Origin: an uncultured delta proteobacterium | GTDB taxonomy: Bacteria > Myxococcota > Myxococcia > Myxococcales > Myxococcaceae | Length of the DNA stretch: 64,000 nt | Direction: 5' to 3' | NCBI GenBank assembly: GCA_963713045.1 | Contig: CAVQKE010000001.1 | Coordinates: 384,001 to 448,000, forward strand | Part shown: positions 1 through 9,375 of the stretch, piece by piece | Layout of the letters: each line of letters opens with the position of its first letter | How positions within the stretch are numbered: the first letter of the stretch is position 1 | The notes under the pieces: generated by a model | Seen by the model: the letters and a program-made list of their open reading frames with translations, nothing else | Databases searched by the model: none | Told to the model about the DNA's origin: nothing | Translations under genes and position numbers: made by a program

Positions 1-28
1 GCGGCGCCTCTGACATCGGGGGTAGTGT

Positions 29-1429
29 ATGCGTGCCATGCCACGCCCGGACGAACGGCCAGCGGACGAAACGGACACCGAGCCGGCCAATGTGACGCCG
101 GTCAACCGGACGCCGACGGTGGGGTTGGACCGTCCGGTTGCAGCCGTCTCCAGCGTCCGGCGCTTCCGCCTGCGCATTGTCGACGGGGGCGAGGTGGGCA
201 ACGTCTTTGAGTCCAACGGGGACCGGGTCCAGCTCGGCAGCCATCCGCTGAATGACTTGCTCCTCGATGAGCGCACCGTCTCGCGCTTCCACTGCGAGAT
301 TTTCGTCGATGACAAGGGCAACCCTTGGGTGACGGACTTGGGCAGCCGCAATGGCACGGTGGTGGACGGCGTCCAGGTGAAGGAGGCCGCGCTTCGCAGC
401 GGGAGCCTGTTGCAGCTGGGCCGTGTCTCGCTGCGCTTCGAGCTCTCGGGCGAAAAAAACCGCATCCCGGTCTCCGAGCAGAAGAGTTTTGGCTCGCTGG
501 TCGGAACCTCCATCGCCGCACGATCGAGCTTCGCGATGATGGAGCGCGCCGCCGCCTCAGACTCGACGGTGCTGCTGGAAGGGGAGACGGGCACAGGAAA
601 GAGCCAGGCCGCCGAATCCATCCACCGGCTGAGCGCCCGGCGCAGCCATCCCTTTCTGGTGGTGGACTGCGGGGCCATTCTCGGCAGCCTGCTCGAGTCC
701 GAGCTTTTCGGCCATGAGAAGGGCGCCTTCACCGGGGCCGACACTCGCCGGGTGGGCGTCTTTGAAGAGGCCCGCGGTGGGACTGTTTTTCTCGACGAGA
801 TTGGTGAGCTGCCGACGGAGCTTCAACCGAAGCTGTTGCGCGTCCTCGAAGCTAAGGAAATCCGTCGACTGGGGACCAACGCCTACCTCCCCGTCGACGT
901 GCGCGTCATCGCCGCGACCAACCGGGACCTGCGTGCCCAAGTGAACGCCGGCCGCTTCCGACCGGACCTCTACTTTCGGCTGGCAGTCGTCAAAATCACC
1001 GTCCCGCCACTGCGCCAACGCTCCGAGGACATTCCCGCCATTGTGGAGAAAATGCTCGTCGCCCTTGGGGTCGACCCCCGGGTCCGCGAGTCTCTCAAGG
1101 ACCCGATTTTCATCGCCCAACTGCAGCGCGCTGCGTGGCCTGGCAATATGCGCGAGCTGCGCAACCATCTCGAGCGGTGCCTGGTGATGCAGGAAACCCT
1201 CGAGCCCGGGCTCGAGCCGGAAGGCGCCCTCACCGAGTCCCCCGTTGCAGTGGACCCCCGGGTGCCGTACCCAGAGGCCCGACGCCGCGCTCTGGAAGCC
1301 TTTGAACGGGCTTACGTGAAGGCCTTGTTGGAGCTGCACAAGGGCAAGGTGGCCCAGGCTGCCGAATCGGCCGACATTGACCGCGTGCACCTGTACCGCC
1401 TCATCAAGCGCCACCACGTCAAGGACTGA
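29..1429 (+). CDS. FHA-domain sigma54-dependent enhancer-binding protein (NtrC/Fis family)
   Basis: N-terminal FHA motifs (VSRFHCEI, DLGSRNGT); AAA+ Walker A GETGTGKS, ESELFGHEKGAFTGA, FLDEIGE, WPGNMREL; C-terminal Fis HTH. Start may be 29 or 38. Confidence 0.93.
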   Translation: MRAMPRPDERPADETDTEPANVTPVNRTPTVGLDRPVAAVSSVRRFRLRIVDGGEVGNVFESNGDRVQLGSHPLNDLLLDERTVSRFHCEIFVDDKGNPWVTDLGSRNGTVVDGVQVKEAALRSGSLLQLGRVSLRFELSGEKNRIPVSEQKSFGSLVGTSIAARSSFAMMERAAASDSTVLLEGETGTGKSQAAESIHRLSARRSHPFLVVDCGAILGSLLESELFGHEKGAFTGADTRRVGVFEEARGGTVFLDEIGELPTELQPKLLRVLEAKEIRRLGTNAYLPVDVRVIAATNRDLRAQVNAGRFRPDLYFRLAVVKITVPPLRQRSEDIPAIVEKMLVALGVDPRVRESLKDPIFIAQLQRAAWPGNMRELRNHLERCLVMQETLEPGLEPEGALTESPVAVDPRVPYPEARRRALEAFERAYVKALLELHKGKVAQAAESADIDRVHLYRLIKRHHVKD

Positions 1430-1504
1430 GGGCCACGCCTCTGGCGGTTGCCGTTGGCGCCACAACCCCGGTGCGTTGTTGCGTGCGCGGCTACGAAGCG
1501 TCGG

Positions 1505-1518
1505 TGACAGGCATGTCA
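1505..1518. promoter_or_regulatory. Palindrome TGACA-N4-TGTCA, candidate regulator binding site
   Basis: Perfect 5-bp inverted repeat ~30 bp upstream of the -24/-12 element. Confidence 0.4.
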
Positions 1519-1546
1519 ACTCGGCGTTCTTCCTGTCCCTTTTGAA

Positions 1547-1562
1547 TGGCACCTCCGCTGCA
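1547..1562 (+). promoter_or_regulatory. Sigma54 -24/-12 promoter
   Basis: TGGCACCTCCGCTGCA has exact GG-N10-GC spacing and is close to the TGGCAC-N5-TTGCA consensus; lies directly downstream of an EBP gene and 60 bp upstream of an ORF with an RBS. Confidence 0.7.
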
Positions 1563-1622
1563 ATGACGCCCCAGCGTAGGCCGGCAACACCGCCGACGCT
1601 TTTTCACCCCCAGGAGAAGGCC

Positions 1623-1796
1623 ATGCATGCTCCCCAGCAGGATTCGGCACCCCTCTTCAACACCGTCCGCCGCAACCGCGGCCGGGAAGTGGCCGTCACC
1701 GGCGCGCTCCTCATCGCCGCCTACCTGGGTGTGGCGACGGTCCTCATCGACAACTACCAGCGGCCCGACGTCCCGGTGGCCGCGGCTCGCGTTTAA
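1623..1796 (+). CDS. Small (57 aa) single-TM hypothetical protein
   Basis: RBS CAGGAGAAGG before ATG; hydrophobic VAVTGALLIAAYLGVATVLI preceded by basic RRNRGR; high GC3 codon use. Confidence 0.65.
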   Translation: MHAPQQDSAPLFNTVRRNRGREVAVTGALLIAAYLGVATVLIDNYQRPDVPVAAARV

Positions 1797-1828
1797 GGTT
1801 TGGGCCTTTGGTGCCGGGCCACGGCTGA

Positions 1829-1970
1829 CCTTCCCCGTTGGCCGGAGGGGAAGGCGGCGGGCGGTACCTCATCGAGTTGGACCCCGGGTCGGCTGAAATG
1901 GGGGGGACCCATGCTGTGGGGCAAGCCGAACCCTTCCCCACGGGAAAGCGTCCCGACCCGGGGTCCCTTT
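1829..1970. ncRNA. Structured intergenic element (candidate sRNA, 3'UTR or bidirectional terminator)
   Basis: Hairpin CCTTCCCC/GGGGAAGG (1829-1854) and perfect 14-bp inverted repeat GGACCCCGGGTCGG (1879-1892) / CCGACCCGGGGTCC (1953-1966) enclosing two inner hairpins, followed by CTTTGTT. Confidence 0.4.
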
Positions 1971-2000
1971 GTTGGCGGCCAGCCAAGCCCACCGGCGGCA

Positions 2001-3554
2001 CTAGACGACGGAGGCTGCGACGTCGGCGGACCGCAGCCGGGCAATGCCGTAAATTGTCTCCTGTGGGTTGACGCCCAGGGACGTCGGAAACACCGAGCCG
2101 TCCACCACGAAGAGGTTGTCGAGCTGGTGGTAGCGCAGCGAGCTATCCACCACGGAGTGCTGGGGGTCCTTCCCCATGCAGCAGCCCCCCATTTGGTGTG
2201 CCGTCGCCACGCGGACGCTTCCTGGCTCCCACGGCGCGTCTGCCAGTCGGCGGGCGATGTCGTCCCCGGGCCGGAGGCGCACCGGCGAAGCATGCAGAGA
2301 CCAGACTTCCTGGGCCCCGCCGGCGAACTGCACCCGGGCCATCACTTCGCACGCGTCCCGAAAGGCCTCCCAGTGCCAGGGGCGAATCGGGTAGTCGATG
2401 TGGACGCGGCGCTCCTTCGGGTTGCCGAGGCGCACCGTGCCCCCGACGTCTCCCGGGAGGAAGCCGTCCACCGTCAGGGCGATGACGATTTGGGTGTGGG
2501 GCAGCCGCTCCATCAAGCGTTGGTGGGGCTGACCGAAGCCGGGGAGGACGGTCGCGGCAATCATCGGGTACAGCGGTGGGACTTCCAAAAAATACCCCAT
2601 TCGCCCGGGGCCGCGGTCGATGAAGTGGTGGGAGTAGGCACTCTGCGGCGCGCCTCCCCAGGCCTCCACCGGGTGCTCCATTTGGGCAGCCATGATGACC
2701 ACCGGGTGCAGAAACAGGCGCTGCCCGACGTTGCCCCGGCCGGTGAGGCCGGAGCGCAACAGAAGGGCCGGGGAGTTGATGGCGCCGCCGCACACCGCCA
2801 CCGTCTTCGCCCGCACCGTCAGCGTCACGCCTGTGGGCCGGTCGGTGGAGCCGTCGAGGACCTGCGCCTCGACGCCTCGCACCTTCCGTCCTTCGACCAG
2901 GAGTCGGCGTGCCGAGGCGTTGGCATAGACGTCCATCCCCCGCTCGACCGCGTCCGGAATCAGCGTCACCAGCATGGACTGTTTGGCGTCGATGGGGCAG
3001 CCCAGCCCGCACTTGCCGAGGTCGGCGCAATTGTGGACGTTGCGCCGGATGAGTCCTCGGCTGAAGCCCAGCTTGCCGCAGCCTTCCCAGAGGACTTGGT
3101 TGTTGCGATTCATCGCTTCGAGGGGCCACTCGCGGATGTGCAAGCGCCGCTCGATGGCTTCCCAGTGTGGGGTGAGCGCGGCCTCGGTGTAGCCCTCCAC
3201 CCCAAATTCGGATGCCCATCGGTCCAGGACCCTGGCTGGCGTCCTGAAGCAGGTGCACCAATTCACGGTGGTGCCCCCGCCGACGCTGCGTCCTTGAAGG
3301 ATGAGGACGCTCTGGTCGTCGGTCGCTCGGTTCCCCATCTCCTGGTACAGGGCTGGATAGGCCCAGGACTCCCGCATGTTGAATTCGGAGCGCGTGTGGT
3401 AGCCGCCTTCCTCCAGCATCACCACCTGCAGGCCCTTGGACACCAGTTGCTCGCCGAGCACCCCAGCCCCCGCTCCGGAGCCGACGACGCACACGTCACA
3501 GGAGACTTCGGTGTCCCGGGTGACGTCCTTGCCGGTGCGGATGCGTCCGCTCAA
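2001..3554 (-). CDS. GMC family flavin oxidoreductase
   Basis: FAD-binding DVCVVGSGAGAG, GRSVGGGTTVN, CGLGCP, AHQMGGC, VDGSVFPT..GVNP; TTG start overlapping the upstream stop. Confidence 0.9.
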   Translation of the reverse strand: MSGRIRTGKDVTRDTEVSCDVCVVGSGAGAGVLGEQLVSKGLQVVMLEEGGYHTRSEFNMRESWAYPALYQEMGNRATDDQSVLILQGRSVGGGTTVNWCTCFRTPARVLDRWASEFGVEGYTEAALTPHWEAIERRLHIREWPLEAMNRNNQVLWEGCGKLGFSRGLIRRNVHNCADLGKCGLGCPIDAKQSMLVTLIPDAVERGMDVYANASARRLLVEGRKVRGVEAQVLDGSTDRPTGVTLTVRAKTVAVCGGAINSPALLLRSGLTGRGNVGQRLFLHPVVIMAAQMEHPVEAWGGAPQSAYSHHFIDRGPGRMGYFLEVPPLYPMIAATVLPGFGQPHQRLMERLPHTQIVIALTVDGFLPGDVGGTVRLGNPKERRVHIDYPIRPWHWEAFRDACEVMARVQFAGGAQEVWSLHASPVRLRPGDDIARRLADAPWEPGSVRVATAHQMGGCCMGKDPQHSVVDSSLRYHQLDNLFVVDGSVFPTSLGVNPQETIYGIARLRSADVAASVV

Positions 3555-4177
3555 CGTGCGGCCTCGGGGTGGAACACGCCGTTGCCCTCTGGCCGGGGCA
3601 CTCCGCCGCCGAACCACACGGGAGCATCGGGCTCGAAGAAGCCCTCATCTGGCCCCGGGTAGCCGATGGGCTTCCAGGTCAGGGGCGACTGAAAGTAGCC
3701 CGCCAGCACCAGCGTGCGCAGGGCGTTGTAGCCGGTGCGGCGGATGGCGAGGCGGCTGTCCCGCCACTGCTGCAGCAGACGGTCCTGCTCGGCTGCGTCG
3801 AGCGCGGTGAAGGGCTGGGTGTTCCCGTCGAAGAGGAAGCCGGAAAGTGCGTTGTCGAAGAGGGCGAGCAGCTGTTTGAGCTCGGCCTGCGCTGAGCTCT
3901 CAATCCGTTCCGCAATGCGGTCCACCGCCTGGGCCACTCCCACCTGCTCCACGCTGGGCCAACCGGGCAGCGTCCCAACCAGGCGGTGGGCGAGCGCGTC
4001 GAGGACGCCATACTCGCGCTCGGAGAAGACGCGCAGGCCACCCGGCGGCAGCGGCACGCGTTTGCCTGGCCGGAAGGCCAGTACGCCGGCCCCGCCCACC
4101 AGCAACAAGGCACTCCCCCACAGCCCCCGTTTGAGGAGCGAACGGCGGCCAGGCGAGGGCGGAACCTTGGAGAGCAT
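3551..4177 (-). CDS. Gluconate 2-dehydrogenase subunit 3-like protein with Tat signal
   Basis: Twin-arginine motif GRRSLLK plus hydrophobic helix; FTALDAAEQD..L and W..IGYPGP motifs; coupled to the GMC gene. Confidence 0.75.
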   Translation of the reverse strand: MLSKVPPSPGRRSLLKRGLWGSALLLVGGAGVLAFRPGKRVPLPPGGLRVFSEREYGVLDALAHRLVGTLPGWPSVEQVGVAQAVDRIAERIESSAQAELKQLLALFDNALSGFLFDGNTQPFTALDAAEQDRLLQQWRDSRLAIRRTGYNALRTLVLAGYFQSPLTWKPIGYPGPDEGFFEPDAPVWFGGGVPRPEGNGVFHPEAAR

Positions 4178-4316
4178 CCTTGGGAAATTCTATGCCCCTC
4201 GCCATCGCCCCGTCACCGGAAAGCACAAGAGGCTTCTTCCCCCTTTTTGGCAAGGGCCAAGCGTGGGCCGTCACCTTTGGACGGCCCACTGGCTTTCTGC
4301 CTAGATGCACTCCGCC

Positions 4317-5546
4317 ATGCCCAAAACGCTCGCGATGATTCTCGCCGGCGGCGCCGGCACCCGGCTCGAGCCCCTGACGCGCGAGCGCGCCAAGCCGGCG
4401 GTCCCCTTCGGCGGCCGCTACCGCATCATCGACTTCGTCCTGTCCAATTTCGCCAACTCCGGCATCTACAAAGTGAAGGTTTTGACTCAGTACAAGTCCG
4501 ACTCGCTGAATAAACACCTGTCACGGACTTGGCGAATGACGGCCTTCCTCGGCCATTACGTGGAGGCAGTCCCGGCCCAAATGCGCACTGGCCTGGACTG
4601 GTACAAGGGGAACGCCGACGCCATTTACCAAAACCTCAATCTCATCTCCGACGAAGAGCCGGACCAGGTCTTCGTCTTCGGCGCGGACCACATCTACCGG
4701 ATGGATGTGCGGCAGATGCTCGACTTTCACCTCGAGAACCGCGCGGACTGCACCGTGGCGGCCATCCCGGTACCGATTGAACAGGGCCCGGAGTTTGGCA
4801 TCATCGACGTTGGGCCCAACGGGGAGATGCGCGGCTTTCTGGAGAAGCCGAAAGTCCCTCCGCCGATGCCCGGCAACCCGGCGATGTGCCTCGCCTCCAT
4901 GGGGAATTACCTCTTCGCCACCGAGACCCTGGTCAGGGAGATTGTGCGCGACGCGGCCCGGGAGACCAGCGCCCACGACTTCGGAAAATCCATCCTCGGC
5001 GAGCTTCACCGACACGCCCGGGTCTTCGTCTACGACTTCGCCAAGAATGAAGTCCCCGGCATGGAGCCCAAAGAAAGGGGCTATTGGCGCGATGTGGGCG
5101 ACATCGATAGCTACTACCAGGCCAACATGGACCTGGTGGACGTGGACCCGGTCTTCAATCTTTACAACTTCCGCTGGCCGCTGTTCACCCAGCCGCAGAC
5201 ATTCCCTCCGGCAAAATTCGTCTTTGCCGACCGGACCAGCGGACGCGTCGGGTATGCGACCGACAGCTTGGTTTCCGAGGGCTGCATCGTCTCCGGCGGT
5301 CATGTCGACCGCTCGGTGCTGTCGCCGCGGGTCCGGGTCAATTCCTATTCCACCGTCGAGCAATGCATTCTTTTCGAGAACGTCCAAGTCGGCCGCCGCA
5401 GCAAAATCAAAAAGGCCATCATCGACAAAAATGTGGAGATTCCCGTCGGGACCACCATTGGCTTCGAGCCGGAGGAGGACCGCCGGCGCTTCCACGTCAC
5501 CCTGCAGGGCGTGGTGGTCATTCCGAAGGGGATGAAAGTCGGTTGA
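4317..5546 (+). CDS. glgC: Glucose-1-phosphate adenylyltransferase
   Basis: [53 protein letters not shown]; alternative start 4305. Confidence 0.97.
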   Translation: MPKTLAMILAGGAGTRLEPLTRERAKPAVPFGGRYRIIDFVLSNFANSGIYKVKVLTQYKSDSLNKHLSRTWRMTAFLGHYVEAVPAQMRTGLDWYKGNADAIYQNLNLISDEEPDQVFVFGADHIYRMDVRQMLDFHLENRADCTVAAIPVPIEQGPEFGIIDVGPNGEMRGFLEKPKVPPPMPGNPAMCLASMGNYLFATETLVREIVRDAARETSAHDFGKSILGELHRHARVFVYDFAKNEVPGMEPKERGYWRDVGDIDSYYQANMDLVDVDPVFNLYNFRWPLFTQPQTFPPAKFVFADRTSGRVGYATDSLVSEGCIVSGGHVDRSVLSPRVRVNSYSTVEQCILFENVQVGRRSKIKKAIIDKNVEIPVGTTIGFEPEEDRRRFHVTLQGVVVIPKGMKVG

Positions 5547-6598
5547 GGCGCGGACGCGCCTGGCCGCTGCTGCTGCTGCTGTGCCTCGGGTGCAGCTCGC
5601 CTCTGGAAAAAGTCTTCAGCGTCTCGGGGGATGCACCGAGCCGGTCGGGCCTGGCGCCGCTCGGCGACGGAGCGGTGTTTGGCAATGAGGCCGGTCGAGT
5701 CCTTCGGCTTGGGCCCACCGGGGCGGTCCTGTGGACGGCGGAGCTGGCCCATGAAGTCCGGCAGACGCCGGCCGTGGTGGGGGACACGGTGGTGGTGGCC
5801 ACTGTGGCGGGGGACTTGGTGGGCCTTGACGCGGCCACCGGAAGCAGGCGCTGGCGAACTGAAGTGCCGCGACCCGGGGCGGCGCTGGTCGCGCTGGCCG
5901 GGCGCGTCCACCTCCTCTCCGAGGAGGGGGAGTTGTTGGCCGTCGAGGCGGCCACCGGCGGGCTGGTGTGGCGGACCGCGCTGGGCAGCGCCCTCGGCCT
6001 ACGCCCCGGCGCCGCGGGCCGCCTCGCCTTGGCGACGGACATGAAGGACTGGCTGGTGGTGGCCGGACCAGCAGCGGTGCTGATGGTGGGTGCCAGCGGC
6101 GGCCGGCGCTGGCGCGCTGTGGTGCACGAGCCAACCGGACTCCTCGTCTGGCAGGAACGGGTGTGGACGGTCGAGGAGACCGGGCGCGTCGTGGCGCTCG
6201 ACTTGGAAACGGGGGAGGTGGCGTGGCAACGCGCGCTGGGGGCGGCGCCGGCGTCCCCGCCGGCCGGCGCGCTCGACCGGATTTGGGTCGGCCTTCAAAA
6301 CCAGACGCTGGTCGGCTTCCGTCTGTACGACGAAGGCCCGTTGTGGACGGCGCACGTGTCGGGACCAGTCACCGCCCCGGTGGTTGAATTCCAGGGGCGT
6401 CTCCTGGCGTCCACCAGCGGGCGAGAGGGACGTCTTTTGGCGTTGGACGTCAGCGCCCCGGGCAACCCGCCCTCGGCCCAGCTGGACAGCCCACTGCGCA
6501 CATCGCCCCTGGTGCGCGGCGCGACGGCCTGGGTGCTGGCCCAGGACGGCCGGGTGGTGGGCTTTCGCCTCAGGTCGGTTGCAGGAAGCGCGCGATGA
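5543..6598 (+). CDS. PQQ-binding-like beta-propeller lipoprotein (BamB-like)
   Basis: Lipobox LLLLCLGC; repeated ALDAATG..RW / [11 protein letters not shown] blades; TTG start overlapping glgC stop. Confidence 0.75.
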   Translation: MRRGRAWPLLLLLCLGCSSPLEKVFSVSGDAPSRSGLAPLGDGAVFGNEAGRVLRLGPTGAVLWTAELAHEVRQTPAVVGDTVVVATVAGDLVGLDAATGSRRWRTEVPRPGAALVALAGRVHLLSEEGELLAVEAATGGLVWRTALGSALGLRPGAAGRLALATDMKDWLVVAGPAAVLMVGASGGRRWRAVVHEPTGLLVWQERVWTVEETGRVVALDLETGEVAWQRALGAAPASPPAGALDRIWVGLQNQTLVGFRLYDEGPLWTAHVSGPVTAPVVEFQGRLLASTSGREGRLLALDVSAPGNPPSAQLDSPLRTSPLVRGATAWVLAQDGRVVGFRLRSVAGSAR

Positions 6599-8834
6599 TG
6601 CGCTTCAGGCCCACCTGGGAGAAGCTGACGGTGAGTTTGGCGTTGGGGCCACTGCCATCGCACGCCACCACCTCCCCTTCGCCGAACTGCGCGTGTCGTA
6701 CCCGCAACCCCACCACCGAGTCGCTGTCGAAACCTTCTGTCTGCTGGCCGTAGCTCCGGTCGATGCGCGGTCCATCGTCGTCGTAGGGCCGGCGTCGGGA
6801 CGACGTGGAGTGGGAGGTGGACGGCGCGGTGGGCAGCTGGCGTTGCACGTCGAAAAGTTCCTGCGGGACATCGCGGAGAAAACGCGAGGGGGGATTGAAG
6901 CGCAGCTCGCCGAAAAGGCTTCGAGCCTGGGCCAGCGACAGAAAGAGGCGCTTGCGAGCTCGGGTAAAGCCGACGTAGCACAGCCGGCGCTCCTCACTCA
7001 TCTCCTCGCCGTCCCCAAATTCCTCCAACGCCCGGTTGTGGGGAAAGACGCCCTCCTCCATCCCCGGAAGGAAGACGGCATCGAATTCGAGGCCCTTGGC
7101 GGCATGCAGCGTCATCAGCGAGACGCGGCCCTCCTGCGCTTGCCCGTCTGCCTCTGCCACCAGCGAGATTTGCTCAAGAAAGGCCTGCAGCGGAGGGACC
7201 TCCGCCGCCAGCTGCTCAGCCGAGGGCGCCGGACGGGCCCCGCGCTCCAGGTCAAACTCCTGGGCTGCCCCGAGAAACTCGCGCAGGTTCTCGGCGCGCG
7301 TTTCGGACTCGACCGAGGCCTCGCTGAGGAGCGCCTCCACCAGCTTGGTCTCAGAGAGCATCAACTCCACCGCGCTGGCTGCGCTCGGAGCCTCCGGCCC
7401 AAAGGCGACCAGGATTTGCAGCAGCTCTCGAAAGCTGCGCAACCGCTTCTGGGCGGTGGCATTCAGGCTTTGGATGTGTTCCACCTCGGCCAACGCCTCG
7501 AAGAGGCTGACCCCTCGGTCTGCCGCCCAGGCGCTGAGACGGTCCTGGGTCGTGTCACCGATGGCGCGGGCCGGGGTGTTGATGATTCGCAACAGGTCAG
7601 CGTCGGACTTGGGATTGACCATCAAGCGGAGGTAAGCGGCCGCGTCCTTGACTTCGGCTCTCTCGTAGAAGCTTCTGCCGCTCACCAGGGTGTACGGGAC
7701 GCGGGCCAGCCGCAGCGCTTCCTCGAGCACTCGGCTCTGGGCATTCACCCGGAAGAAGACGGCCACGTCGGCGTAGGTGCACACGCCGTCGCGGACCAGG
7801 GCGTGGATACGACGGGCAATCTCGTGCGCCTCCTCGCGCTCGTCTCGGCTGATGAGCAGCGCCAGCGGCTCGCCGCGCTGCCTTTCGGTCCAGAGGCGCT
7901 TCGGCATGCGGTGCTGGTTCTTGGCGATGACGGCGTTGGCGGCGTCGAGAATTATCTGGTCACTGCGGTAATTCTGCTCGAGCTTGACGATGGTCGCGCC
8001 GGTGTATTCCTCGGGGAAGCGCAGGATGTTGCCCACGTCCGCGCCGCGCCAGCGGTAGATGGACTGGTCGTCGTCTCCAACCACCACCAGGTTGGCCGAA
8101 GGGGGTGGCGCCAGCTGGTGGAGCAGCTCCATTTGCACCGCGTTGGTGTCCTGAAACTCGTCCACCAAGACATGCTGGAAGCGACCGGCATAATAGGAAC
8201 GCGTTTCTTCGTTCTCCCGAAACAGTTGAACCAGCAGCAGGAGCAAGTCCCCGAAGTCCACCGCGTTGGCCGCCCGGAGCAGCCGCTGGTAGGCGCGGTA
8301 GGCGCGCTGCACCGCCAATCCGCGGTAGTCGGTTGGGTCCGTCGCTTCCACCGCCGGCAGGCGGCCGGCATTCTTCTCGACGTCGATGCGGTGCAGCACC
8401 TCGCGCGGGTTGATGACTGGGTCGATGCGCTCCTCCCGCATCGCCCGCTTCACCAGGGAAAGCTGGTCGGCGTCGTCGTAAATGACGAAGGAGCGTGTCA
8501 GGCCGACCTTTTCGGCCTCGCGGCGCAAGATGGTGGCCGCCGAGGCGTGGAAGGTGGATACCGTCAAATCGCCCGCCCAAGGGCCCAGCAGTCCAAAGAG
8601 TCGCTCGCGCATCTCTCGGGCTGCCTTGTTGGTGAAGGTGACGGCCAGAATGCGCCACGGCTTGACGCGCCGGGCGAGGACCAGGTGCGCCACCCGCCGG
8701 GTAATGACGCGCGTCTTGCCCGAGCCGGCGCCGGCCAGGACAAGCAGCGGCCCCTCAGGGGCCAACACCGCCTCCCGCTGGGGCGGGTTGAGGTCGACCA
8801 GCAATTCTTCGGGACTGGAAACCGGAGACGGCAC
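6570..8834 (-). CDS. pcrA: UvrD/PcrA/Rep ATP-dependent DNA helicase
   Basis: LNPPQREAV, AGAGSGKT, TFTNKAA, VDEFQDTN, GDDDQSIY, LEQNYRS, TLHAAKGLEF, EERRLCYV, C-terminal Tudor-like V.HAQFGEG; start approximate. Confidence 0.93.
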   Translation of the reverse strand: MPSPVSSPEELLVDLNPPQREAVLAPEGPLLVLAGAGSGKTRVITRRVAHLVLARRVKPWRILAVTFTNKAAREMRERLFGLLGPWAGDLTVSTFHASAATILRREAEKVGLTRSFVIYDDADQLSLVKRAMREERIDPVINPREVLHRIDVEKNAGRLPAVEATDPTDYRGLAVQRAYRAYQRLLRAANAVDFGDLLLLLVQLFRENEETRSYYAGRFQHVLVDEFQDTNAVQMELLHQLAPPPSANLVVVGDDDQSIYRWRGADVGNILRFPEEYTGATIVKLEQNYRSDQIILDAANAVIAKNQHRMPKRLWTERQRGEPLALLISRDEREEAHEIARRIHALVRDGVCTYADVAVFFRVNAQSRVLEEALRLARVPYTLVSGRSFYERAEVKDAAAYLRLMVNPKSDADLLRIINTPARAIGDTTQDRLSAWAADRGVSLFEALAEVEHIQSLNATAQKRLRSFRELLQILVAFGPEAPSAASAVELMLSETKLVEALLSEASVESETRAENLREFLGAAQEFDLERGARPAPSAEQLAAEVPPLQAFLEQISLVAEADGQAQEGRVSLMTLHAAKGLEFDAVFLPGMEEGVFPHNRALEEFGDGEEMSEERRLCYVGFTRARKRLFLSLAQARSLFGELRFNPPSRFLRDVPQELFDVQRQLPTAPSTSHSTSSRRRPYDDDGPRIDRSYGQQTEGFDSDSVVGLRVRHAQFGEGEVVACDGSGPNAKLTVSFSQVGLKRIIARFLQPT

Positions 8835-8903
8835 GCTTGGGTGGACTCTTGTGCACATTGGGCAAGGCCGCGCAACCCGAGGGTAGAATCCCAAGCTGAG
8901 GCC

Positions 8904-9347
8904 ATGCACCCCTCTCCAACCTTGGAAGAGCTCGCTCAGGCGGCCGAGCGCCTCAACCGCAGCGCACCGCTGGCCCATGCCGGAATCCGCGTTCGCTTTC
9001 CCGCGCTCGACTTGGTGGTGGCTGACCTCCCTGAAGTTCGCGCCGAGCACCGTGGGGGCCTGGGGACGTCGGCCGTCAACGGCGGCGTCCTCGCTGCCGT
9101 CTTCGACTTGGTGACCGGTTGTACGGCGCTGCTGGTGGACCCGAGGCGCCCCAGTGCGACGGTGCAGCTGTCGATGAGTTTCGAGCGGCCGGTGCTCGGG
9201 GATTCCCTTCGGGCCGAGGGGCGGATTGACAGCCAGGGCCGGAGGACGCTGTTTGCCAGCGCGCGCATCCTCGATGAACGCGGCCAGGTGTGCGCTCGGT
9301 GCCAGGCCCTGGTGGCCCTGGCCCGCCTCCGTCCGGTGCCCCCTTGA
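8904..9347 (+). CDS. PaaI family (hotdog) thioesterase
   Basis: VNGGVLAAVFD, ATVQLSMSFERP motif, 147 aa. Confidence 0.8.
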   Translation: MHPSPTLEELAQAAERLNRSAPLAHAGIRVRFPALDLVVADLPEVRAEHRGGLGTSAVNGGVLAAVFDLVTGCTALLVDPRRPSATVQLSMSFERPVLGDSLRAEGRIDSQGRRTLFASARILDERGQVCARCQALVALARLRPVPP

Positions 9348-9375
9348 GGCAGCGAGCGTCCAAGGACTTCCACCG

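Noticed and set aside
1800..3662. 620-aa plus-strand ORF
   Set aside because: Antisense shadow of the GMC gene; stop-poor because of high GC, no motifs
6090..8903. N-terminal ~940 aa of the 1085-aa plus-strand ORF
   Set aside because: Shadow of pcrA; only the last 147 aa (PaaI thioesterase) look real
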